The notes under the pieces were generated by a model. That model made no database searches. It was not told the origin of the DNA and saw only the letters and a program-made list of their open reading frames with translations. 48,759 nucleotides of DNA, from IMG/VR virus record IMGVR_UViG_3300029805_000004. One strand, given 5' to 3'. How positions within the stretch are numbered: the first letter of the stretch is position 1; every line of letters begins with the position of its first letter. A program made the translations under genes and the position numbers. Shown one piece after another: positions 16,060 through 26,900 of the stretch. Source of the stretch: a virus.

Positions 16060-16520
16060 TTACACCACTTAACTTTGTGATACCCACCAGCGATATGTTG
16101 AGCATTATTGCTGACAACATGCGTCAAAGTGATATTGAAGAAGTCATTGCTGCTGGCAACGATACGCCATTGCAGGCATTGGAAGAGAGCGTTGAATATT
16201 CTAAGACATCGGTTGTGGCTTGCCATGGCGATGTGCCATTAGTTATCTACGGGTTGAGCAGACCAACAGTGTTGGGTAACGGGGTGATTTGGATGCTAGG
16301 CACCAATCAGTCTAAGAAGTTTCGCCGTGAGTTCATGCACTACACCCGGTTGGTGATAGCTGAAATGCTGACTGAGTGCTCAATGCTATATAATTATGTG
16401 CACGCAAGGAATACCGTCAGTATCCGCTGGCTGAAAGCATTAGGCTTTACCATTGAAGATGCCGAGCAACGTGGCCCGTATAACGAATTGTTTCACAAAT
16501 TTTACATAGAGAGGACCTAA
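16056..16520 (+). CDS. virion-module protein at the T7 gp13 position (possible GNAT-like fold)
   Basis: ATGA-coupled start. The C-terminal VHARNTVSIRWLKALGFTIED resembles the acetyltransferase N..a..lY..lGF motif. Identity is uncertain. Confidence 0.45.
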   Translation: MITPLNFVIPTSDMLSIIADNMRQSDIEEVIAAGNDTPLQALEESVEYSKTSVVACHGDVPLVIYGLSRPTVLGNGVIWMLGTNQSKKFRREFMHYTRLVIAEMLTECSMLYNYVHARNTVSIRWLKALGFTIEDAEQRGPYNELFHKFYIERT

Positions 16521-16522
16521 CT

Positions 16523-17077
16523 ATGTGCACCGTAGTAGCAGCAATAACAGTAGCGATGTCCCTGTACCAAGGGGTGCAGGAGAATAATCGGGCTAAAGAC
16601 CAAGCTGACTATACACAGCACGTTGCAGCCGTTAATAGTCGCAACCGTGAGAACGAAGCGACCAAGGTGCGTAACGTCGGTGTTGAAGAAGAGAATAAGC
16701 AACGTCGTATGACGGCTGAATTGCTGGGCAGACAACGTGCTCAACTCGGTGCCAACGGTGTGCAGCTTGATTCAGGTAGTGCCTTGAACCTGCAACAAGA
16801 TACGGTGTCATTGGGTGAAGAAGATGCACTGCGTATCCGGGGTAACTATGCAGACCAAGCAGATGCTTTAGATCAAGAGGCGTCTAACATCACGTATGAA
16901 GGTGACTTCCAATCATCCCAACTGAAAGCGTCAGGTAAGAGCGCATTGATTGGTGGTGTCCTGAACGCAGGTGCCGCTGCCTATCCTGTCGCAAGTAAGT
17001 GGTACACGGCGAAGAGTTCAGCGAACAGTAGTTTTGCTGCCAACAATCCTTCATATACGAAAGTAATGGGGGTATAA
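16523..17077 (+). CDS. internal virion protein (gp14 position), N-terminal TM helix
   Basis: MCTVVAAITVAMSLY hydrophobic start, followed by helical/charged sequence. Gene order supports the call. Confidence 0.55.
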   Translation: MCTVVAAITVAMSLYQGVQENNRAKDQADYTQHVAAVNSRNRENEATKVRNVGVEEENKQRRMTAELLGRQRAQLGANGVQLDSGSALNLQQDTVSLGEEDALRIRGNYADQADALDQEASNITYEGDFQSSQLKASGKSALIGGVLNAGAAAYPVASKWYTAKSSANSSFAANNPSYTKVMGV

Positions 17078-17079
17078 CC

Positions 17080-18711
17080 ATGAAAATTCAGCAGTATGGT
17101 CAGGCACAAGTTACGCGGCGGGTAGCCACTCAGCCTACGTTGCGGACCCAGCAGATTGCCGATACAACCACCCCTATTTTGAAAGGGTTAGCTAATATCG
17201 CTGGTGCCATGGATCTGCAAAAACGACAAGCAGATGACACGGCGGCTGAAGAAGCATTGATTGGCTTTGAACGTGACCAGAATGATTTGTTTTTCAATCC
17301 TGATAGTGGCTACTACAACACGCAAGGCAAGACTGCGTATGAAGGTGCTGACGTTGCGAATGAGTCATTGGCTAAACTGCAAAGTAATTACGCTGACGGC
17401 CTGAGTTCTCCTGATGCACGTCGTAAATTTATGACAGCGTCGAATACCCATGTCACTAGAAGTCAGGCGAACATTAGCAAACATTCAGCACAAGGTCTGA
17501 ACGACTACGAGACTGCGACAATATCGGCCCGTGTTGAGCAGAGTTTAGAAAGTGCCGCGCTGCACTACAATGACAATAATTCATTACAACTTCAGAACGC
17601 AGTGATGCGTACATCGGTGTCTGAACAAGCAGACCGTTTGGGGTTGGATGGCAAGGCCAAAGCTGAAATGATTCAGACTGCTGAATCAATTTTTGTAACG
17701 ACAACTATCAATGCAGCACTGGCCCAAAATGATATCAGTCGTGCGAATGAATTGATGGGTAGGTTTGGTAATCGACTTGAAGGTAAAGATGCACAGGTGG
17801 TGACAGCTAATCTCAACAAGGCCAACATTGCTGTTGACACGAACGCTGCTGCAACCAAGGTCGTCGGTGACGGTACTAAATCTTTAGGCGCCATGGTTGA
17901 CGAAGTTAATGAGATTGACGCGACCACACCTGAAGGTGCGGCAATGAAAACGGAAGTCATGCGTCTGGTTAAGAACCGTTACGCACTTGATAAAACAATC
18001 CGTCAGGAAGGTGAACGCAAGCTATATGAGAATTATGGCAGTCAGATCCAAGCGGGTGATTTAAGGGTGTCAAACATTCCCGGCAATGATTGGGATAACA
18101 TGACCGTTGCACAACACAGTGCCTTGATGAAGCTCGAAAAAGTGATGGCTAAAGGTGATGACGTCGTAACTAATGACGTGGTGTTATCCAACTTGTTGCT
18201 ATTACCTACGGCTGAGTTAGCCAAGGTTGACCCTACAGAATACTTTGACCGCGTTGGGGGTAGTGACCGCGATAAATTAAATGCAGCCGTTAAAGCGGCA
18301 CGCAAGCCTGCTTCAGCAAATGATGAATCCAACTCGGTACGTGCACGCTCAACCAGTGTGACAGCCACCTTGTTTCAACTCACAGGTAAAAAATCTAGCC
18401 GATACAACGATACTGATACTGAATTTGCTAATGCCTTTCATCGCATGGTCAATGTAGCGGTGCAGCAAGAAGAATTAGGTTTGGGTCGTAAGCTGAAACC
18501 AATAGAGTTTGACAACTTGCTTAAAGCGACGACACGCACTGCTGTGATGGAAGGTAGATTTTTTGGTGAAAACGAATATGACATTGATGATGTGCCAGCA
18601 GAATACATGGATGAAATCACTGAATCCTTGGTCAATCGTGGCATACCCGTTACAGGTGACAATATCACCCGCGCTTACATTAGGGCTGATCGTGCGGGGT
18701 TATTAGACTAA
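17080..18711 (+). CDS. internal virion / ejection protein (gp15 position)
   Basis: 543 aa, helical, Ala/Gln-rich. Gene order supports the call. Confidence 0.5.
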   Translation: MKIQQYGQAQVTRRVATQPTLRTQQIADTTTPILKGLANIAGAMDLQKRQADDTAAEEALIGFERDQNDLFFNPDSGYYNTQGKTAYEGADVANESLAKLQSNYADGLSSPDARRKFMTASNTHVTRSQANISKHSAQGLNDYETATISARVEQSLESAALHYNDNNSLQLQNAVMRTSVSEQADRLGLDGKAKAEMIQTAESIFVTTTINAALAQNDISRANELMGRFGNRLEGKDAQVVTANLNKANIAVDTNAAATKVVGDGTKSLGAMVDEVNEIDATTPEGAAMKTEVMRLVKNRYALDKTIRQEGERKLYENYGSQIQAGDLRVSNIPGNDWDNMTVAQHSALMKLEKVMAKGDDVVTNDVVLSNLLLLPTAELAKVDPTEYFDRVGGSDRDKLNAAVKAARKPASANDESNSVRARSTSVTATLFQLTGKKSSRYNDTDTEFANAFHRMVNVAVQQEELGLGRKLKPIEFDNLLKATTRTAVMEGRFFGENEYDIDDVPAEYMDEITESLVNRGIPVTGDNITRAYIRADRAGLLD

Positions 18712-20651
18712 TGGCTGAACAAAATAGATTTGATGCAATCATTGATGATTCATTCACGTCGGACCCGTTGCGTGCGACATTAAGTGAATCCATGAAGGAA
18801 AGCCCTGACAACCGGGCTAAAATTCTGGACCTGTCAAACAAGACTGGTATACCTGCTGAAGCAGTAGCACCTGATGTTGCAGGGGTGGAAGCACAGGCCA
18901 GATTTGATGCTGTTGATATCAAGGGTATGACGCTTCGTTCTCCTGTGACCAGCGACTTCCTGTCGAATTATGATAATGCGTCAGTCTCACATGATGACAT
19001 TGAAAACCTTGAGCAGACTGAGCATTTATTTTCAGGACTAGGTCGGGTCATATCATTACGATATCAAGACATTTTGGCAGGTACACAACTCAAAGCGATT
19101 GAAGAACGTCAACGACTTGGTATTGGGAGGTATCTGGCTGCTGAAGATTTGGACCCCATTACGCAGGATTTAATTGAGCGAAACATTAACGCTACTCAAG
19201 ATCGAACTGCTGAACTACTTGAAGGTATCCGCCAGCGTGGGGAAGATATCAATGCTTTAACACCACAAGATTTAAACATCCTTGAAGAAGGTGCAAGGGC
19301 TGGTGTTGAATCCTTATCAGTGATGCTACCAGCATTAGCTATTGGTGCTGCAACACGCACCGGGGTGACTGGCGTGCTGTCCTCAATCGGTGTCACCACC
19401 ATGGGGGCCAATTATGGTTCAGCACGTGAGAAAGGATTAGATCCTGACGAAGCACTATTGTATTCACAAATCCAAACCGTCATAGAAGTCGGTACTGAAC
19501 TGCTGCCTGTTAAGTCGCTGGTTGATATCGTGTCCAGTAAGACCCGATCCCAGCTTGGTAAGAACGTATTGCAATTCATAGTCCGTGAAATGGGTACTGA
19601 GCAGCTTGCTACGCTGGGTCAGACCATTACTGATTATGCGTTTGACCTTGATGAACAATTAAAAGCTGCTTCATCGGTTGGTGAAATGGCGGCTATCCAA
19701 GCACGTCGTCAAGCTGTGACAGCGATTGCTACTATTGTGGGTGGTGGTGCACAAGCCGGGATTGCTGCGACAATCAATGCAGGCGTGCAGGCGGTAAGCA
19801 AAGACGAACAGATGAAGGATGTCAAAGGTGAAGCCGAGCAATCATCCATAGATGACATCGTGGACTTGGCTGAACAATCCAAAGTTAAAGATCGCAGCAC
19901 TGAAACATTCCGACAATTTATAGAACAAGCTGCACCTAATGACGTGGTTTACATCGACGGACCACAGGCAGCATTGTACTTGCAGGAAGTGGGCGAGGTT
20001 GAAGGTGATCCAGTCTTGGAGGCCATCACTAAACAAATCGGTGAAGCAGCCGTGACGAATGGTGAAGTGGTTATCCCGGTTGCAGACTTTGCTGCTGACT
20101 TTGTGGGCAGTGAGCATTTTGAAGCGTTGCGTCCGCACATGACATTGAGTGCTGATACCGTATCACCGTTCAGAGCAGAATCCGAGAAGGAGGCCACCGA
20201 GAACTATACGCGGCGTCTGGTTGAAGAGGCGAATGAAAACGTATCTGAATATGCAGAGAACCAAGCGATATTTACTAACACGGTGGACCAGCTAGTTGCT
20301 ACCGGGCAGGTCAATAAGAAAGCGGCAAAGCAGATGGCCCTAATCGTACCCGCGTGGGCTACGGTGATGAGTCGTCACACAGGGATGCCGGTTGCAGAAC
20401 TGTATGCCAAGGTGGGCTTGACCATTGAAGGACCGTTTGAAGAACGTAAGGCGGCGGTGGCTGAAGGTGCTGCTGAGATAGGATTGATACTGGACCAGCA
20501 AGATTTCGGTGACGTTAGCTTTGATGAGCAACATACGCTTGCTGAGACTGGTGAAGCGATCACCGTCAAGAGGTCCGCACAGCGCGTGTTTGAACAAAAA
20601 CGAAAACAACGTACAATGACTCAAAACTTATTGGATTGTTTATATGGCTGA
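18711..20651 (+). CDS. internal virion / ejection protein (gp16 position); no lysozyme or transglycosylase motif seen
   Basis: TAATG-coupled start. 646 aa with a central hydrophobic Gly/Ala-rich segment (LPALAIGAATRTGVTGVLSSIGVTTMGA). Confidence 0.5.
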   Translation: MAEQNRFDAIIDDSFTSDPLRATLSESMKESPDNRAKILDLSNKTGIPAEAVAPDVAGVEAQARFDAVDIKGMTLRSPVTSDFLSNYDNASVSHDDIENLEQTEHLFSGLGRVISLRYQDILAGTQLKAIEERQRLGIGRYLAAEDLDPITQDLIERNINATQDRTAELLEGIRQRGEDINALTPQDLNILEEGARAGVESLSVMLPALAIGAATRTGVTGVLSSIGVTTMGANYGSAREKGLDPDEALLYSQIQTVIEVGTELLPVKSLVDIVSSKTRSQLGKNVLQFIVREMGTEQLATLGQTITDYAFDLDEQLKAASSVGEMAAIQARRQAVTAIATIVGGGAQAGIAATINAGVQAVSKDEQMKDVKGEAEQSSIDDIVDLAEQSKVKDRSTETFRQFIEQAAPNDVVYIDGPQAALYLQEVGEVEGDPVLEAITKQIGEAAVTNGEVVIPVADFAADFVGSEHFEALRPHMTLSADTVSPFRAESEKEATENYTRRLVEEANENVSEYAENQAIFTNTVDQLVATGQVNKKAAKQMALIVPAWATVMSRHTGMPVAELYAKVGLTIEGPFEERKAAVAEGAAEIGLILDQQDFGDVSFDEQHTLAETGEAITVKRSAQRVFEQKRKQRTMTQNLLDCLYG

Positions 20652-21000
20652 TCTAACGCAAGCTGAACTTCAATCACTGCTGGCAAGCGGTGCCACTGTT
20701 GAGCGCAACAATGTTCAAATATCTGTAGCCGGTATGGTGCAAATGTTGCGTCACATGGGGTCCATGGTTGAGACTAATAAGGCGATAGCCAGTAAAACGA
20801 ATGATGCCATGGTGGAGGCAGTGAACAAGCTGACTCACGCGGTGAAGGAGAAGTCATTCAAACCGCAAGACTTGAAACCGTTAATTGATTCACTGCTCAA
20901 TAATAATAAACCCGGCAAACCCATTGCTTATGATTTCAACATTGAACGTAACAGTCGTGGGGTTATGACCAAAGTTTCTGCTACACCTAAAGAGGAATAA
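20644..21000 (+). CDS. hypothetical virion-module protein (118 aa)
   Basis: ORF overlaps the preceding stop by 8 nt. Confidence 0.55.
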   Translation: MADLTQAELQSLLASGATVERNNVQISVAGMVQMLRHMGSMVETNKAIASKTNDAMVEAVNKLTHAVKEKSFKPQDLKPLIDSLLNNNKPGKPIAYDFNIERNSRGVMTKVSATPKEE

Positions 21001-21002
21001 TC

Positions 21003-21419
21003 ATGGCTACATTTAATAAGTTTAATCAATTTGTCGAAGATAAAAATCACGGCAAACATGACTTCAGTAACGATACGATTATGGTGGCGTTGACTAATAC
21101 GCTACCTGTCGCAGGCAATTCCATCTTGGCTAACATCACTCAGGTTAGTTACACCAATCTGTCATCGCGCGTGCTGTCATTAGACTCAAGCGGTCAGGCT
21201 GGCGGGGTGTATAAAGTATCCTTCGACGACTTAACCTTGTCTGCTTCAGGTGGTAGTGTAGGACCATTCCGTTACGCGGTGATTTACAACGACTCACAGG
21301 CCACACCAGCCAAGCCGTTAATCGGTTGGTATGATCGTACCGCGTCTGTAACATTAGGTGATGGTGAATCCATACTGCTTGACTTAGACCAAGTCAACGG
21401 TCTGTTCGACGATCAATAA
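21003..21419 (+). CDS. hypothetical virion-module protein (138 aa)
   Basis: GAGGAataatcATG start. No family named. Confidence 0.55.
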   Translation: MATFNKFNQFVEDKNHGKHDFSNDTIMVALTNTLPVAGNSILANITQVSYTNLSSRVLSLDSSGQAGGVYKVSFDDLTLSASGGSVGPFRYAVIYNDSQATPAKPLIGWYDRTASVTLGDGESILLDLDQVNGLFDDQ

Positions 21420-21431
21420 ATCGTTTGAACG

Positions 21432-23165
21432 ATGACCATATCACGGGTCGGCACTTCATCACAGAACACTAACAATGTCACCAGCATGTCTTTATCTGTT
21501 CCTGCTGGGACGGTTGATGATGATGTCATTCTGTTTTTTGGATCATGTGATGGCAATAACGGGTACAACTTACCGTCAGGCTTCACGACGATCCATAATG
21601 TCAATTCGCCGGGGACCCACAAAAACTTACTGGCCTATCGGGTCGCTTCGTCTGAACCCGGCAGCTACACTATCTCAGCATCCACGGGTGAACGTGGTAT
21701 AGGTATATTCGTCACCTACCGGGGTGTCGATACATCATCCCCAATCAATATATCCACCAGCAATACAGGCGGGTCAAACACCACAGGCGTATTGTCTGCC
21801 ATAACACCACTGATTGATGATTGTATGGTGGCAGTATTTGCCGGGTTGGAAAGTGGTAACAATGGAAGCCCTATTGCAACATCGTGGCCCAGCACAATTA
21901 CTGAACGTCTTGATAATGTCAACGGTCCTGCGGGTGGTGGTAGCGCATCTTCAGCCGGGGCCTTTGGTGATGTACTCCAAACCACTAAAGCAACGGTATC
22001 AGGCAACATTGGACTGACAGGTGGTAATTCTAATTGGGGTGTGATGTGCGTAGCCTTGGCACCGATAGTGGCGTCTGGTCCTGATTACACGTTGGAACTG
22101 GATAAGGGTGCGTTCACTACCAGTGGATATGCTGCTTCATTCTTACTACAACATGCCTTACAGCTTGCCAAAGGTAGTTTTGTCACCACAGGTCATAGTG
22201 CAGAATTTCTTCGTCAGTACGCCTTGTCGCTTGATAAGGGTGGATTTATCACCACGGGCCACGATGCTGACCTACTTTCTCAATATGTCTTGCAGATTGC
22301 CAAGGGTGGATTCACCACCACGGGCCACGATGCAGACTTACTTCTTCAGTACAGCATGGAACTTGCCAAAGGTAGCTTTGACACCACGGGCCATGATGCA
22401 ATCTTCAGCTTTCAATATCGTATGGCCCTTGCCAAAGGTAGTTTCGCGACTACCGGGTATGCTGCTGACTTTAGAAAACAATACAATTTACAACTCGCGA
22501 CAGGTAACTTTGCAACGTCAGGTCATGATGCAGAACTGCTTACTCAATACAGCTTACAGCTTGATGCTGGCAGTTTCACTACAACTGGATATGGTACTGA
22601 TTTGCTTACAAATTACAATTTACAGCTTGCTACAGGAAACTTCACTGAGGCGGGTTACGAAATGGGGTTCAAGCTGCAATACAGTTTAGAACTAGATACA
22701 GGACATTTTAATGAGGCGGGGTTTGGGATCTCGTTTATATTGCAAGAGTCAGTGCTTCAGGAAGCGTTACGCAAGCTGCATGAATATTGGCGGTTCATGG
22801 GTAATGATGTGGGCCATCCTGCTACACGTGGTCCGCAATATCACACGGGTGGTGCAGGCATTACGCTGGACGTTGTTGGTCAAGATGATGTCACGGTAAC
22901 GAGGGCTGAAGAGTCGTTGATTGATAAACCCGGTGGTGATGCTGAGACTTTAATGCTGATGATGATTAACGATATATGGCGTCGCGTTGGATTGGACCAT
23001 GAGAATCCATTAACGATATCAGCGGTACTTGAAATGGCAGGTGATGTGGCGATTGATTTGAGTGAGAACGCGGGCGTGGTAACATTGCAACGACAAAATA
23101 CATTTGTGGTGGACGAACTAGGCAATACCTTAGTTGATGAATTTGGCAATTTTGTGGTGGGATAA
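21432..23165 (+). CDS. tail fibre/spike-like protein with ten 22-aa tandem repeats
   Basis: 577 aa. N-terminal beta-rich domain, then 10 copies of YxLxLxKGxFxTTGHDAxLLxQ, then a C-terminal domain. Confidence 0.6.
   Translation: MTISRVGTSSQNTNNVTSMSLSVPAGTVDDDVILFFGSCDGNNGYNLPSGFTTIHNVNSPGTHKNLLAYRVASSEPGSYTISASTGERGIGIFVTYRGVDTSSPINISTSNTGGSNTTGVLSAITPLIDDCMVAVFAGLESGNNGSPIATSWPSTITERLDNVNGPAGGGSASSAGAFGDVLQTTKATVSGNIGLTGGNSNWGVMCVALAPIVASGPDYTLELDKGAFTTSGYAASFLLQHALQLAKGSFVTTGHSAEFLRQYALSLDKGGFITTGHDADLLSQYVLQIAKGGFTTTGHDADLLLQYSMELAKGSFDTTGHDAIFSFQYRMALAKGSFATTGYAADFRKQYNLQLATGNFATSGHDAELLTQYSLQLDAGSFTTTGYGTDLLTNYNLQLATGNFTEAGYEMGFKLQYSLELDTGHFNEAGFGISFILQESVLQEALRKLHEYWRFMGNDVGHPATRGPQYHTGGAGITLDVVGQDDVTVTRAEESLIDKPGGDAETLMLMMINDIWRRVGLDHENPLTISAVLEMAGDVAIDLSENAGVVTLQRQNTFVVDELGNTLVDEFGNFVVG
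22086..22745 (+). repeat. 10 x 66-bp in-frame tandem repeats (22-aa units) inside the fibre-like gene
   Basis: accacgggccacgatgc recurs at 66-bp spacing. Protein units run from YTLELDKGAFTTSGYAASFLLQ to YSLELDTGHFNEAGFGISFILQ. Confidence 0.9.
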
Positions 23166-23762
23166 ATGGAAATTAAAAAGCAGATATTAGATTTTACCGA
23201 CAAGCCTGTTCCTGATGATGATGATGCAATTCTGATTCAGGAACCCGGTGGTCTAACACTGCGCACAGCATTAGCTGCACTTCATAAAAGCAAAATAGGC
23301 TTCTTTCAGTACGGTGATTTAGCAACCGCGACTGTACCGTTTGCCGTACCGGGCGATAGCGTGTACCGCGCTTTGCCTAACGATGGTGAAGGTAACAGCA
23401 CGCTAGACCAAGCACCGACAGGTATGACGCTGCTATGGAATGTGGACACTGACCAGTTTGATTTTTCTGAATTAGCCATCGGTGACATGGTGGATATAGC
23501 CGTCAACCTTGAGATCACATCATCATCTAACAATCAGCAAGTGGCCTTAAAGATGGTGCTTGGCATTGGTGGTACAGAAACAGAATTGCCGTTTGATTAC
23601 ATTAACCACAAATCAGCGGAAACATTCTTGATTTTACGGTACAAAGGCTTTTTCATTAAGGATGCAAATATCCGTGATAACCCAGCCGAGCTACGCATTG
23701 CCAGTGATGGTACAGCAGACGTTAAAATACTAGGTTGGTACTGCAAGATAACAAGGCGATAA
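23166..23762 (+). CDS. hypothetical tail-associated protein (198 aa)
   Basis: TAAATG junction with the fibre-like gene. Confidence 0.55.
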   Translation: MEIKKQILDFTDKPVPDDDDAILIQEPGGLTLRTALAALHKSKIGFFQYGDLATATVPFAVPGDSVYRALPNDGEGNSTLDQAPTGMTLLWNVDTDQFDFSELAIGDMVDIAVNLEITSSSNNQQVALKMVLGIGGTETELPFDYINHKSAETFLILRYKGFFIKDANIRDNPAELRIASDGTADVKILGWYCKITRR

Positions 23763-23763
23763 G

Positions 23764-23970
23764 GTGATATCACCACGGGATATAGCGTCAGGCGGGTATC
23801 TTAATTCTCCTGTCAGTGTGGCGGCAAATGGTTACATAGCAGTAAGTGTGGATAGTGGCGGTGGTGGTGCGTATCCTGTGTTTGGTGCAGGTAGATTGCT
23901 GAAGCAGATCCAACAGGACGATGAAGAAATAATGGTAATACTAATGGCATTTATGGGGATGATTCGATGA
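23764..23970 (+). CDS. possible small protein (68 aa, GTG start)
   Basis: The only ORF filling this gap. ATGA-coupled to the giant gene. Weak RBS. Confidence 0.4.
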   Translation: MISPRDIASGGYLNSPVSVAANGYIAVSVDSGGGGAYPVFGAGRLLKQIQQDDEEIMVILMAFMGMIR

Positions 23971-26900
23971 GCTTACAGGACTGTCTGAGAAAAGCAGGGA
24001 AAGCGTTCAATGCTTCCGATGCCACGGTCATCAATGAAAATGTCGAACAGCTTGTCAGTAGCGGTGTAGAACGGGCCACGGCTGAGACTCAAGCGGTTGA
24101 GCAGTTTCTATCACAGCAGACCGATGAGCTTAATGACATCGCCACACAAGCTGAAGAACTCGGTGCTACCGTAGCACGTGAGGACTTGACGCAACCTGAC
24201 TATTTGGCAGACTTCACCGCGACGTCCGCTACTGATTTCCATGGCAGACTATCTGAAGCGATGTCAGCAAGCACCAACGCATTGTCGGTGAAGATATACG
24301 ACGTCAGTGAATATGAGAATATGCAACTGTTCTTAACCGATGATGGTAAGGCCGGGTTTGCATTAGAGTACGATGGTGGTTTAATATCCGTGTTTAAGCA
24401 CCCGGATTCGTCCATTGATGCAGCATTAGATGTCATCGTGCCAGCAGCCATTCAAGCTGGTGCTACGAAGCTGGAAGCGTTTGACGGTTTTTTAACCGCA
24501 CGATATAAAGAATTTGGATTTGTCGAAGTATTACGGGATGATTGGAACGACAATTATGCACCGGCTGGCTGGGATAAATCTGTATTAGGTACACCCGCTG
24601 TAGTGGCGATGGAATTGAAAGGAGTAGCGCAATATGAATACAATGAAGAAACCATTCCGTTCTCGGTTCAACACCCGGTTGGAGTACGACGAGGCGATGA
24701 GTCGTTACAACCAAGTGATGCAACACCTGACCAAAGGCGCACCACGGGGCGTGAGTCAGATGGAAGTCTCAACGGACTCCCACGGGAAGTAGGCAATTTC
24801 AATGCAGCCGCCAGCAGTAAGATTGCAGCGGTTGCTGAAAATTATGTAACTCAACTCGGACTGGAATACAGTCCACCCACCAATTACGCAACTGTCGATG
24901 TGGAACGTGCGCGAAGAATAGCTGAAGCGTATGAAGCTATGAAGCACGATCCAGAAAACCCTGAAGTTAAAGAAGCCTATGCCGCACTGACTGAAGAAGT
25001 CATTGCACAATACCAAGCTGCACTTGATGCCGGGTTGAAGGTTGAGTTTATCAACTTTGAACGTGATGGTGATCCGTATGCAGCTTCACCGCGCATGGTG
25101 ACGGATGACATCAACAACAACAATCACATGTGGGTGTTCAGCACACGTGACGGTTTTGGTTCAAGCGTCGAGATAGATGTATCAAACAATCCCTTATTAG
25201 CTGAGACAGACTTTGTCATATCCGGGCAGAAAGCACTGGTCAATGACTTATTCCGGGTGGTCCATGATTACTTTGGTCACGCTAAAGAAGGTGTCGGCTT
25301 CCGGGCCATCGGTGAAGAAAATGCGTGGCGTATTCATTCCGCTATGTTTTCACCATTAGCGCGACAAGCATTGACGACTGAAACACGCGGTCAGAACTCA
25401 TGGGTCAATTATGGTCCACATGGCGAGGCCAACCAGACAGCGACCAGCGATACCGTATTTGCAGATCAGAAAACAGGACTGCTACCACAATGGGTCGTCG
25501 ATGAAGGTCGTATTGACCAGCCTATATTCAACCAAGATATCAATCCCACAGCGGTCCGCAATGCGCTTGGCCTGCACAGTGCCGTCGAGCAAGCGGTGAT
25601 GGATACCGACTTACAGCAATGGTCCAAAAAAGCTGGCAACAATAATAAACAAGTCAAAGCATTAGACATAAAGATTGCTGAACTTCAGACCACTTACAAA
25701 GCGGAACAAGCTGAATTTGAAGCCGCTATGGATAGGTTAGAAGCTAATCCCGGAAACCAAGAGGCGATTGATAACTTAGAAGATAAGCTGTCAGACACCA
25801 CCGTGTCTAACGAGATATCAAAGTTGAAGTTTGAGCGTTCCAGAATTGCCAACAATCCCTTGGCACCGGGTGTTGAAATCTGGTCGAAGATATCTAAGAC
25901 TGCTGGCGTCAAGAAAGAAGAATTAACGTGGTTGGGATTAGAAGAATTTTTGAAGGTAGATCCTAAAGGAAAGTTCAGCCGGGAAACAGTTCTTAACTTC
26001 GTGCGTGCTAACGGCGTGGTGGTGGAAGAAACCATCGGTGATCAAGAGACATCATCGCGCAATGAACTTGAGTGGGATAGCGGCACCGTGTGGGACGAGG
26101 AAGAAGCCTACATGCACAACGTCGAAGATATGATGTATGAGTTCGACGCTGGTGATGATGACACGTCTTATATCAACATCGCTACCTTCATGGACAAGTG
26201 GATGCACGACAACATCGACACGGTGTTGGCAAATTACAAAACATCGCTGCCTGAAGGTGAGTTTGCTGAACTGACTGAACTGGACACGCCGGGTGATCAA
26301 ATTGTCTGGTTGGCTAACCACTACCCTGTCAATGAAGATATGCGCAGTGAGGCCCGTGAGGACTTTGAAGAAGCCGCCACAGCAGCAGCGCGTGAAGCCT
26401 ACTTGGATGATCCGACCTACATACATAAAGCCACCAACGTAGAAGATTTATACATCTTCGGTAGTGACGACTTGGGTTATGACATTCGCCATGGTGGGTG
26501 GGATAACGCTAAATACATGATTGACAACCAACTCCATATTGATTCTCTCAATGAGACTCAAATCCACGCATTTCATTATGCTATTGAAGAAGGATTGTTG
26601 GAACAAGTTGAGGACGTTAATGTTGCCAAGTGGGGCGATTACGTTATGGATGGTAGCTGGGATAACTACCGGGAAATCAAACTCATCCTACCTGATCTTG
26701 GCGGTCAAGACTTTGACTATGATATGCACTTTGAGGACTCCAACATCGTCGCGTTCCTACGGGTGGATGATAGAGATTTATCGACTGGTACTACAAGAGA
26801 ACAAAAGCGGACTGTTGAGAAAGAAGATTTTAATGAGTTTGATGACCCTAGTCGTCCACGTTACGGGGTTAAAGTTACGGTTGATGGAAAGGTCTACCGT

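Noticed and set aside
22108-22689. 193-aa ORF in an alternative + frame inside the fibre-like gene
   Set aside because: It lies entirely within the 66-bp tandem repeats. The repeat periodicity keeps a second frame open. It has no RBS and its composition is repetitive.
22086-22745. Regular 66-bp repeats considered as a possible CRISPR array
   Set aside because: The units are contiguous with no unique spacers, diverge gradually and translate in frame as a 22-aa protein repeat inside a 577-aa ORF. No cas genes are present.
11474-23165. Diversity-generating retroelement, looked for because the capsid accessory genes resemble those of Bordetella phage BPP-1
   Set aside because: No reverse-transcriptase ORF is present. 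I saw no template/variable repeat pair near the fibre genes.
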